Shown in pieces: positions 12,101 to 20,000 of a DNA stretch of 20,000 bases (positions within the stretch are counted from its first letter, which is position 1; every line of letters begins with the position of its first letter). The notes under the pieces were generated by a model. That model was not told where the DNA came from, did not search any database, and saw only the letters and a list, made by a program, of their open reading frames with translations. This stretch comes from Vermamoeba vermiformis (lineage: Eukaryota): the NCBI GenBank assembly GCA_045837725.1, contig JBEWZL010000091.1, positions 46,377 to 66,376 on the forward strand, given 5' to 3'. Both the position numbers and the translations under genes were made by a program.

Positions 12101-15100
12101 AGTTACACGCACGGATCGAAGCAAGAGTTTTGACTTGGGCAAGAAGCACGCGATCACCAGCATTAACTTGACCAACCTGCCAAAGCCTTTCGAGAAGTCC
12201 GAGACGTCACCAAAGGAAAAGAAAGAAAAAGAGAAGGAAAAAGATAAGCGCAAGAGTCCACGAAGAAAACGACGAGACAGCGACTTGGCTCCGCGACGAA
12301 CCCCGTTGGCGAAGAGTGATAATGCCGTTCAATCCCTGAGCGCGGAAAAACTGATTTCACCTCCGCTCGTGCAAACCGTGGGATTACCCACTGGCGGATC
12401 ATTGGACTCCGTTATAGAACAGCCTTTACCTGCACAGGTTGTAAATTTGAAGACATCGGCCGAGGCTCTTGACGACAGTCTTGAAAGCAGCGTTGATAGC
12501 GATATGAGTTCCGATGAAGATCCGGTCAGTCCAATGAAAAAGAAAAAAGACCGCTCAAAGCGTGAAAAGAAGAAAGAAAAGTCAAAGAAGGCAAAGTTGA
12601 TCAGAAATTCAAGCGGAAAGATTAAGATTAGCTCGACTGTGAACTACTCTCCAGAACCCAGAGACGAAACTAAGGCTATTGCTATCAAGGGTGTGTTGAA
12701 GAGAACCCCGAGCAGATCCAACAACGAAACGCCCGTTGGATCGCCGGCCATGAACACGAGCAGCAGCACGGTGTCTTTTGATGTACGCTCGTCACCCGAG
12801 TCAAGCAGCGCGAGTAACAGTGAGCGAGCTAGTTCCCCAAGAGCGGAGCGCGGACGTGACAGTGCGGGCATTAAGATTGTTGTGCCTTGCCTGTTGCCCA
12901 AAGAGCCCAACTTGAAGATGTTTGACGCGTTGTGGCCTGAACCATTCGCTGAATTCACTTCCGACCCTGACTCGATCAACTACGATGAAATGTCTGGCAA
13001 CCTGATCGTATCTATCGATGGAAATGATCAAGGCAATTCTCAAGACTTCTTGCATCCCATGGGGCGTGTGTTATTGTTCGACTTCATGCCGTTAGGATTT
13101 ATGGTAAGTTGAATGGTAGTGGTAATTTCCTGGCTAACACCGTGCTTTCAGTCGCGACTTATTGTTAGGACTTTGCAGCTACGACAGATCAAACCACTTT
13201 ATTTCTGGCGCCATGGTATTATGTTGGATTTAATCAACGAAGACACTGCTTTTACATCGCGCGGTTTGATCGTGTTTGATGAACTTAATTACAACCTTCA
13301 CATTCGCATTCGCACCAAAAAGAACAAAGAAGGCGTGGACGACAAAGGGTACATCAAACCAGCAGCGCAGTTGATGATGTTGCTCATGGACAACATCAAC
13401 ATTTTGTTGTCTCACTCGTGGTTCAAATTCTCGAAACAGCCAGAGATCAGAATTCCGTGTTCGCACTGCTTGGAGCAGAAGTTTGATAAGCTCTGGACTG
13501 ACCCGAATGCCGTGCCCTCAGTCATGAACATTTGTTGGTTCACGCTGGAAGAGTGCCTGATGCGAATTTACACGGGTTCCGATCACGTTGTTTGCTCCGT
13601 GACTCGACAATCGGAACGCGTCGTGAACCTCTTCTCTAACAATACTCGCATGCGCAAATTGTACAACAACTACGCACTCAACTCAGGACTTAGGCTCGTA
13701 CACGACGCGAGAAGAGTAAGACAATCCGTTCCCTTTAGTAACGTACACTTACCTTTATATTTTACAGCGTTTTGAACCGACTGTAAAGGCGAACGTACCT
13801 CTGTCTGACATTTGCCCTGATTTAACGTTCTCGTTTTTGTCGGCAAACTCTGAAAACAACATATCAAGCTTGTTGGTCAACTTCGATGACTTTGTTCTCG
13901 AACGAAAGCTCGCAGTTGGTGGTTTTGCGGAAATTTTTGTTGGCAGACAAAAGCCCAAGGAGTCCGAATACTTCAACGACGACAAAGTATTTGCAATCAA
14001 AGTATTGTTGAACCAAATGAAACAAGTCACTCTGCCACCAAGTCCTCGAAGTGCCCAGCCGACTCCCGAAAAGCCCGCGACAGACACTAACGCTCCTTCA
14101 ACAGTGCAACCAGTTACACCAGAGGTCGAAACACCTGCCGTGCAAAACCCAGAACCGAGCGGCACTGTTTCACCTCCGCCTGAGGAAGTCGTTGTCACTA
14201 ATCAAGAGGTCTCGCAGCAACAGCTATTGCAGCTTCAGAACTTAGAGCGTGCCAAACAGTCCTTTGCACCACAAGAGGTTACTGGAACTGAAGCTGATGA
14301 GCTCATGGATCGAGAGGCCTTTACACTGTTAGGCGAGACTTTCCGTGAATTGCAGCACGAAGTGTTTGTCATGTGTCAACTTCGTCATCCAAACATCGTT
14401 ACGCTGCACGCATTATCCATCAACCCTGTGGCACTGTTCATGGAGTTCTATCCGTTAGGCTCGCTGGACAAGTACTTGAGAGCTGCCATCGAAGGTCGCT
14501 CTGCTTCATCATCCCCACGTGGCATCGAACAACCAAAGGCGCTGAGCTGGAAGTACCGCGTGAAGGTAGCATTAGATATAGCTCAAGGAATGAACTACTT
14601 GCACGGAGAAGACATCATTCATCGTGATTTGCGATCACCAAACGTGTTGATAACCGACTTAAGCGACGAGGCAGAAGTAGTTGCCAAGGGTATGTATCTA
14701 GGATCTCTTTTTGGTTTGAGTGTACTAACGGTTGCAGTCACGGACTTCGGAATGGCTCAATATTTAGCTGGATCTCTTTATGGGGGTGATTTTAACGGTA
14801 CGTTTCCTGTCTGTGTGCCATGAGCTAATAATTTACGTAGAATGTTGGACTGCACCCGAAGTTCAAGAGGGACAAGAATACAACAACAAGTGCGACGTGT
14901 ACAGTTTTGGAATCATAATGTGGGAGTTGTTGCAGATTGGTTATCCATTCATGGAGTTCAACGATAAATATGGCTCTGTGCCACGATCGGAGTTTGCACG
15001 TGCTGTCACCAATGGGCTTAGACCTTCAATTCCAAATAGCGTGCCGGATGAGTATGCCAGCGTTATAACGTAAGTATTATTTAATGCCACAATTTGTTGT

Positions 15101-15221
15101 ATCAACTGTTTTGATTAGGTTATGTTGGCAATCAAGCCCAGATCTACGTCCTAGTTTTAGTGAGGTTGCGGAATTGCTTTTGCCCTTGTTGAAAATCTGT
15201 GAGAAATGGCTGCCATTGTAA
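9173..15221 (+). CDS. Roco protein: LRR - Roc GTPase - COR - TKL kinase (multi-exon)
   Basis: Many LxxLxLxxNxL repeats; Roc VKLMFVGEENVGKST, ATDGI, WDFAGQ, YYPTHQFFLS, VGTHRD; COR VILNPQWIADLM, FMPLGFMSRLIVR; kinase AVGGFAEI, FAIK, HRDLRSPN, DFG, WTAPE, DVYSFGII. Last exon ends CWQSSPDLRPSF..WLPL, TAA at 15219-15221. Confidence 0.95.
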
Positions 15222-15228
15222 TGTAAAA

Positions 15229-15576
15229 TTAAAGTTTGTTTGATAAAGCCTTTTGTTGCTGCCTAATAATATAATATAATATTTCGTCGTCTTCGTCGGA
15301 CTTTTTTCGTTTTTTGTTTTCTTTAAGTTTTTCCATTTTTTTGTTATTTTCTCTTTCCAACTCGTCGTCATCCAGATCTGTAAATAACCACAAATTTAGA
15401 ATTTATTGTGAAAAAATTTGCAACTATTTTTCCTTACGTTTATTTCTTTTTTATCGCTTTCTGCTTGATTCGCGTTTTCATTTTCGTTTCCTTCGTCTTT
15501 ATTATAAGAAGATGGCTCGGCATAGTCTTCACCATTATTTACATCGTTGTTTTCATCTACCGCCGAGCACTTGATC
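15229..15576 (-). pseudogene. 3' fragment of an acidic/Lys-rich gene convergent with Roco, apparently 5'-truncated and frameshifted
   Basis: Coding-like AVDENNDVNNGEDYAEPSSYNKDEGNENE.., intron GTAAGG..TTACAG at 15437-15378, then LDDDELERENNKKMEKLKENKKRKKSDEDDE..KL*. The natural-looking frames differ by 1 nt across the intron, and no clear 5' exon or ATG was found. Confidence 0.4.
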
Positions 15577-15947
15577 TGCAACCGGATTTACGTTGACCTC
15601 GTCGATAGAGCGTTATTATTCGTTTCAAACACCTCTTCGGGGTTATTAAACTTCGTTATCAGCCAAATGAAAAAGAACAACAAATTCTTGATCGGTGGCA
15701 AGACTTTGTTGCTCTTTTACGCCTATCGTGTTTGAACACCAAAACTGTACGACCTACTAGTCGCTACTTGATTTTTCTTTCTAGTAACCAATGATAGAAA
15801 ACAAAGACGATGAGCAGTAAGTTAATGACTTCCGTTCGATGTCTGCTAATAAAATTAGCTTCAAAGAAAAGAAAAATTGATAACGCTACCGAGGAAAGGT
15901 CTGGAAAGAAAGCCAGGAAAGGTACACTCCCTTCTTCGGAGATTTAA
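15574..15947 (+). pseudogene. Degenerate fragment, possibly the C-terminus of a DDE transposase
   Basis: One frame reads DLQPDLR*PRR*SVIIRFKHLFGVIKLRYQPNEKEQQILDRWQDFVALL, weakly like SPELNPIELIFAFVKHIL..QQIVLAF of the neighbouring transposase. It is followed by an intron (15817-15858) and a basic tail. In-frame stops are present. Confidence 0.3.
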
Positions 15948-15966
15948 AATATTTTTTTGAAAGAAA

Positions 15967-16012
15967 TATTATTGTTGTCCGGATTCAAATCCCGCCAAAA
16001 ATAATTTATAAA
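15967..16012 (+). repeat. 46-bp segment, copy 1 (direct repeat of 16777-16823)
   Basis: tattattgttgtccggattcaaatcccgccaaaaataatttataaa vs tattattgttaaccgggctcaaatccccccggaaaattgtttataaa. Confidence 0.8.
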
Positions 16013-16159
16013 TAGTTCCCACCCCGTAAATATTATGAATTTTATAAATTATTTTAAGTAAAATTCAAAATTTGAATAATGTATTACACGGGACGTTCGC
16101 AACCCGGGTAGAGCGTGCCTGCGTGCGAATACACAAATATACAATATTTTAAAGAGACT

Positions 16160-16316
16160 TATTTTATTACTTTATTACTACGGTTACACGATTCAAACAC
16201 ACGCAGAACTCGTTTGGCTTGACTACTCTTAGCAGCACGGAGCAAGGCAGTGACGGAAGTGTTTGGACTTACCTTCGCGGTGTAGGCGGCTTCCGTGGCA
16301 CTCAGGACTTTGACAA
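16160..16316 (-). ncRNA. Candidate short spliced non-coding transcript (left arm)
   Basis: TTGTCAAAGTCC.., donor GTAAGT starting 16272, GCTAA, CAAG acceptor at 16218 (55-nt intron), two AATAAA (16163-16176). No ATG ORF is conserved with the other arm. Transcription is inferred only. Confidence 0.3.
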
Positions 16317-16469
16317 CGCGAAAAAAACAAAAAAGTTTCGTGACACATCTTAGCTCACCTTCCAAATGCGGTCAAAATGACAAGATATCTCGGAAATTCT
16401 TGTCGGAAAACTGGAATGACCAATCATTTGGAAGGATTGAGCTTTGTTTACGTCACGCAATTTTTTCAT

Positions 16470-16625
16470 TTGTCAAAGTCCAAGTGCCACGGAACCACGA
16501 ACGCACGCCGTCGGAGGTAAGTTTAAAACTTGTTGCTGCATTGCTGCCTTGGTAAAGCGCTAAGAGTGTTCAAGCCATTTGTCGGATCTGTATGTGTTTG
16601 TACCATGCAACCCGTAATAAAATAC
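16470..16625 (+). ncRNA. Candidate short spliced non-coding transcript (right arm)
   Basis: TTGTCAAAGTCC.., donor GTAAGT 16517-16522, GCTAA 16559-16563, CAAG ending 16574 (58-nt intron), AATAAA 16616-16621. Transcription is inferred only. Confidence 0.3.
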
Positions 16626-16776
16626 TGTGGTTTAGCATATATTGTGTAATTTATGTCTATTCGCTTGCACGTACGCTCGGTGCCGGCCGCAACGCACGTT
16701 ATTATTATTGAAATTATGAATTTTTAAAATAATTAAAATTCTAAACAAAATTTAAACTATTTACAGGGTTCGAACT

Positions 16777-16823
16777 TATTATTGTTAACCGGGCTCAAAT
16801 CCCCCCGGAAAATTGTTTATAAA
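16777..16823 (+). repeat. 47-bp segment, copy 2 (direct repeat of 15967-16012)
   Basis: See copy 1. A partial inverted third copy (tttataaacaattttccgggg) ends the window at 19980-20000. Confidence 0.8.
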
Positions 16824-17152
16824 ACTCTTAAAATTAAAATTAAGTTTCAATTCTATTAAAATATTGAATTATGAAACAACGATAAACAAATTAATTATCA
16901 GAACGAACAATTTAAAATGATTTAACAATTAATATTAATAAATTACGGCAGTAACGGATGCACGCAGATCGACGGATGTGTTCGTTAAATTATTTTGTCG
17001 TGACTGATTTGAGACAACACCGGAACTAACCTTTATTTTAAACATAAATATATGTATACAACAACATGAATACCAAAACTACAAAAAACAAAGAAAGTCA
17101 CGAGCGCGAGATTGGCGAGGAGAGCGAGCAAGCAGTGGGAGCATGGAGCATT
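16803..17152 (+). repeat. Left long inverted repeat (visible part)
   Basis: Reverse complement of 19631-20000. Segment 16941-17084 matches 19703-19846 with one mismatch (17044) by eye; the outer AT-rich part is more diverged and has indels. Confidence 0.95.
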
Positions 17153-17173
17153 GGATTGTCGTTGCGTTGTATT

Positions 17174-18337
17174 TTATACACGCTGCTTGAGAGGATTTAA
17201 GCAGTGAAGGTAACATTTGAAAACTAACGTACGAGTAACCATTTGGAATGCTAAGACGATTTGCTGTTGCAGGGTTAGATCGCGATTGTAATAGTTTCGA
17301 AGGATATGCTTAACGAACGCAAATATAAGTTCGATGGGATTTAGCTCGGGTGAGTACTTGGGCAATAACTTCAGCTGAATTTTTAGCTTATCTAAGTACT
17401 GTACTAACTCGGCGAATCCTTCAGCACTAGTATGAATGCGAGAATTATCTACAATCAGGTAGTCACCTTCGCGTAGAACATCGCGCGTTACACACCAACG
17501 AACAAAAGAATTGAAGTCCGAGTGACAGTTCGTTTTGGGTCGAATTACACCAACGATTGGCTCCGTCTCTGGGTCGATACTAAACAATTAATACGTTGAT
17601 GACAAAGCTTTACATCATACCATGTAAGTATAATAGCTGATAGAGTTGGTTCATTTAACGGACCACGCTCATTCATTATTACAGGTTGGCCAACTCTGCT
17701 TCGGCCACGCAGTCTGCGAACATCTGTGAACAATTAGGTATGTAAATTATTTAATTGCTGGTCAAATTTACCTTTCTTTTTAAATGAGACTTCATCGATA
17801 AATTTGATTCGGCAAAGTGGCAAAAATATCACCGCTTTGAGATACTCCTCATAATAAGCAATATTATCAGGAGTATACTTGTGCACCTGTTTGTACGATG
17901 CAACTTTATAACTCCTATTTAACGATTAGTAATCTGTGTTCTAACACTTAACGAACATACCAGCGCCACGAGCGGAGCACATCATAAACCCAGTCGGGCT
18001 TAATATCAGTCTCAAGTAGTCGATTGATATGCTGACATATCTCCTTGGCATGAAGGCTGCAATCGGACTTCAACAAGGCCCAAATCAGTGCTTCGATTAG
18101 CTGTTTCTCTTCGTCAGAGAACTTAGAATAGCGATGCCCGCCCCACTTCATTGGGTGGAAACTGTCATCAACAACCTTTCTCTTCCAGTACTTGATTTGG
18201 TCTCTAGAGAGATTGGTCACCCGACAAACGAGCTTCGCCGGGTAAGTCAGTGCAGCAGCCCCTCCGCAAGCTCTTCGAAGATAAAACTCCCGCAGTTTAC
18301 GAAGTCGTTGATGACTTGCAGACTTGTTGTTATTCAT
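17174..18337 (-). CDS. IS630/Tc1/mariner-superfamily transposase (DDE_3-like), DD38E, 4 exons, ~342 aa, intact
   Basis: Exons 18337-17961, 17914-17772, 17723-17621 and 17579-17174 sum to 1029 nt in frame. HTH-like N-terminus (AKLVCRVTNLSRDQIKYWKRK; VYDVLRSWRWSYK), KFIDEVSF, LIVDNSRIH, LPKYSPELNPIELIFAFVK; 38 residues between the second D and the E. Confidence 0.93.
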
Positions 18338-18488
18338 TCTGTTGAAAGTAAGCAATTAGATTTGACACGTGGCGACTTTAAATAGAGTTTCCTGCTTTCA
18401 TTCAAATTTCAGTAAGATCTATCGGAGATTTCTACAGCGAGGAGTATCTCTTAAATGCTTACGTGTCATCGATAATTGCTAATGCAAC
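18338..18488. promoter_or_regulatory. 151-bp bidirectional promoter with dyad symmetry
   Basis: Both genes are preceded by ACGTGTCA-N4-TAATTGCT-..-CAACA-(GA)-TG: minus strand acgtgtcaaatctaattgcttactttcaacagaATG, plus strand acgtgtcatcgataattgctaatgcaacATG. Palindromic AGATCT lies near the centre (18415-18420). Confidence 0.75.
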
Positions 18489-19631
18489 ATGTTAAGCGCA
18501 ACAACACTTGCCTTGCAAGCGTCACAACAATACAAGCACATGAAGGTCAGAGCTCCAACTCCACGACGTTCAGACTTCAGTTCACAGCATGACTATGATC
18601 AAGCCATGCTAAGTTACTACCAAAAGAAGAACCAAGTTCACGCCTACAATCTTCGTCAAGACCAAAAGAGACTCGAGTTCATCAGCAATGGCTTGGCACA
18701 GGGAGAAGCCTTAGTCAACAAAGTGAAGCTCAAGCGTACTGCTAGCCAAATGAGTGATGATGTGGACCAATTGAACGATGTCCAGCTCGAGCGTAAATCA
18801 AAACGTGGCCGTCCTTCAAAAGTGAATTCAATCGATGTACCAAAGGCAGGCACTCCTGCAGGTAAGTTAGTTAGTGCATATATTAGTTAATAATTGAAGA
18901 ATTGAAATTAGGTATTCAAAAGGCTGCGCAGTTTTTCACTACTAATTGCCGAACTGCTAACCCACGATTCAATTCTGAGGCAGAAGCAGAGCAGGCAGCC
19001 ACGGTAAATAACATAAATATTGTTGAAATGCAATTAACCATCGAATAGAAGCTATTTAATAATTTGAACAAAACGAACGCTGCAATAATTCACATAACTG
19101 ACGATGACGGAGAGCTAGACTTACGTGGTCAACTTCCAGGTAAGCAAAATCAAATCCAAGCATTTCTAATTAAAATTCAGACCTTGACCTTGCCAACGAA
19201 GTCGAATTGCCTGCACAACAGGTGTCAGTAGCTCCGTCAAAAGTGTTCGTTAAGAATGAATTCAGTGCTCGACACAAAGTCAGCTACGACTTTTGGCTCA
19301 AAGTATTACCTAGCGAACTGCACTGCTATGCTGATCAACTTGCAACAAGTGGTATTCATGATAAGCATCTAATGGGACTCGACAGCACGATTATTTGGCA
19401 ATTGACGAACGATTTCTCTCTCTGTTGCGAAGTCAAAATTGCTGTGGATAACTATAAGTACGTAGTGTTATTTATAATTATTTGTACTTACGACGACGCA
19501 CTAGGCAATCGTTGAGCTTAAACCAGTTCAACACTAATAATACTAACGTCCGTCCGGTACCACCCGTACCGCCAGCACCAGGTGATGAAAAATCACTTCC
19601 AAGTACTCCAGTACTACCAAACTATCCATAA
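18489..19631 (+). CDS. Transposon accessory protein, ~319 aa, 5 exons: AT-hook-like motif, SAM-like domain, Pro-rich tail
   Basis: Exons 18489-18861, 18912-19003, 19049-19139, 19181-19457 and 19505-19631 sum to 960 nt in frame. KSKRGRPSK (AT-hook core GRP); FWLKVLPSELHCYADQLATSGIHDKHLMGLDSTIIWQLTNDFSLCCEVKIAVDNYK fits the SAM hydrophobic pattern; ends RPVPPVPPAP..PVLPNYP*. Confidence 0.8.
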
Positions 19632-20000
19632 ATGCTCATGTTCTCTCCGCTTGCTCGCTCTCCTCGCCGATCGCTCGCTCGTGACTTTCTTCGTTTTTTT
19701 TGTTGTAGTTTTGGTATTCATGTTGTTGTATACATATATTTACGTTTAAAATAAAGGTTAGTTCCGGTGTTGTCTCAAATCAGTCACGACAAAATAATTT
19801 AACGAACACATCCGTCGATCTGCGTGCATCCGTTACTGCCGTAATTCAGGCTTGATTTATTTAATTTTAATTAATTATAATTATAATTATTTACTGTTAA
19901 AATGTTTAATTAATTTGTTTATCGTTGTTTCTAATTCAACTTTTTAATGAAATTGAAACTTACTTTTAATTTTACGAGTTTTATAAACAATTTTCCGGGG
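19631..20000 (-). repeat. Right long inverted repeat (runs off the window)
   Basis: Reverse complement of 16803-17152; starts at the stop codon of the accessory gene and contains AATAAA at 19750-19755. Confidence 0.95.

Larger units (their letters stand above)
16013..16776. repeat. ~760-bp imperfect palindrome (fold-back) centred near 16392
   Basis: Collinear reverse-complement blocks: gacaaga/tcttgtc, ccttccaaatg/catttggaagg, cgtgac/gtcacg, ggactttgacaa/ttgtcaaagtcc, ttccgtggcact/agtgccacggaa, acttacct/aggtaagt, caaggcag/ctgccttg, actcttagc/gctaagagt, tggcttga/tcaagcca, tattttattac/gtaataaaata, gagcgt/acgctc, gtaaata/tatttac. Confidence 0.9.
16392..20000. mobile_element. Two-gene IS630/Tc1-like DNA transposon with long inverted repeats; left boundary uncertain (16392-16803), right end outside the window
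   Basis: A DDE transposase and a second gene lie between inverted repeats 16803-17152 and 19631->20000. No TSD can be determined. Confidence 0.8.

Noticed and set aside
1666-15574. Numerous antisense or alternate-frame ORFs (e.g. 1689..2138, 2440..2829, 3701..4201, 13755..14198)
   Set aside because: These are shadows of well-supported genes on the other strand or frame, with no recognisable motifs.
15642-15700. VIKLRYQPNEKEQQILDRW resembles the TnpB/Fanzor N-terminal 'K.RLYP..EQ..IL..W' motif
   Set aside because: No RuvC or zinc-finger motifs follow, the frame ends shortly after, and the context fits a DDE C-terminus equally well. No Fanzor call is supportable.
16267-16320. ACTTACCT, like the U1 snRNA 5' end
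   Set aside because: It lacks the U1 GATCAC and ATTGCAC loops and a proper Sm site; it is simply the reverse complement of a splice donor.
16159-16555. ORFs 16159..16365 (-) and 16295..16555 (+)
   Set aside because: They have non-ATG starts, and the frames are not conserved between homologous palindrome arms (indels not multiples of three).
16672-16700. TA|CGCTCGG as a Tc1-type terminus with TA target duplication
   Set aside because: Inverted homology with the left arm continues through this point to ~16392, so it is not an evident boundary. It cannot be tested without the right end.
16765-16806. GGTTCGAAC and TCAAATCCC as a tRNA T-arm
   Set aside because: No cloverleaf or A box is present and the upstream sequence is AT-rich.
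1-20000. CRISPR array or prokaryotic operon
   Set aside because: There are no regularly spaced direct repeats, and all genes carry spliceosomal introns.

Overview
Compact eukaryotic (protist) DNA with short, mostly 41-60 nt GT-AG introns and CTAA-type branch points; the Roco kinase type suggests an amoebozoan (inference). Bases 1-15.2 kb hold four host genes: a 5'-truncated beta-propeller-like gene, an FHA-SAM-SNF2/RING (Rad5/16-like) ATPase, a Mn-type cation diffusion facilitator and an LRR-Roc-COR-kinase (Roco). Bases 15.2-20 kb are an accessory region with unusual nested symmetry. An intact intron-containing IS630/Tc1-like DD38E transposase and an AT-hook + SAM-like gene are transcribed divergently from a degenerate palindromic promoter, and both end in copies of the same >=350 bp inverted repeat (a shared 3'UTR). 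Next to them is a ~760 bp imperfect palindrome whose arms look like two paralogous, short, spliced non-coding units. A 46-47 bp B-box-like segment is flipped relative to the arms, and degenerate gene fragments lie to the left. The right end of the element is outside the window. All alignments were done by eye.
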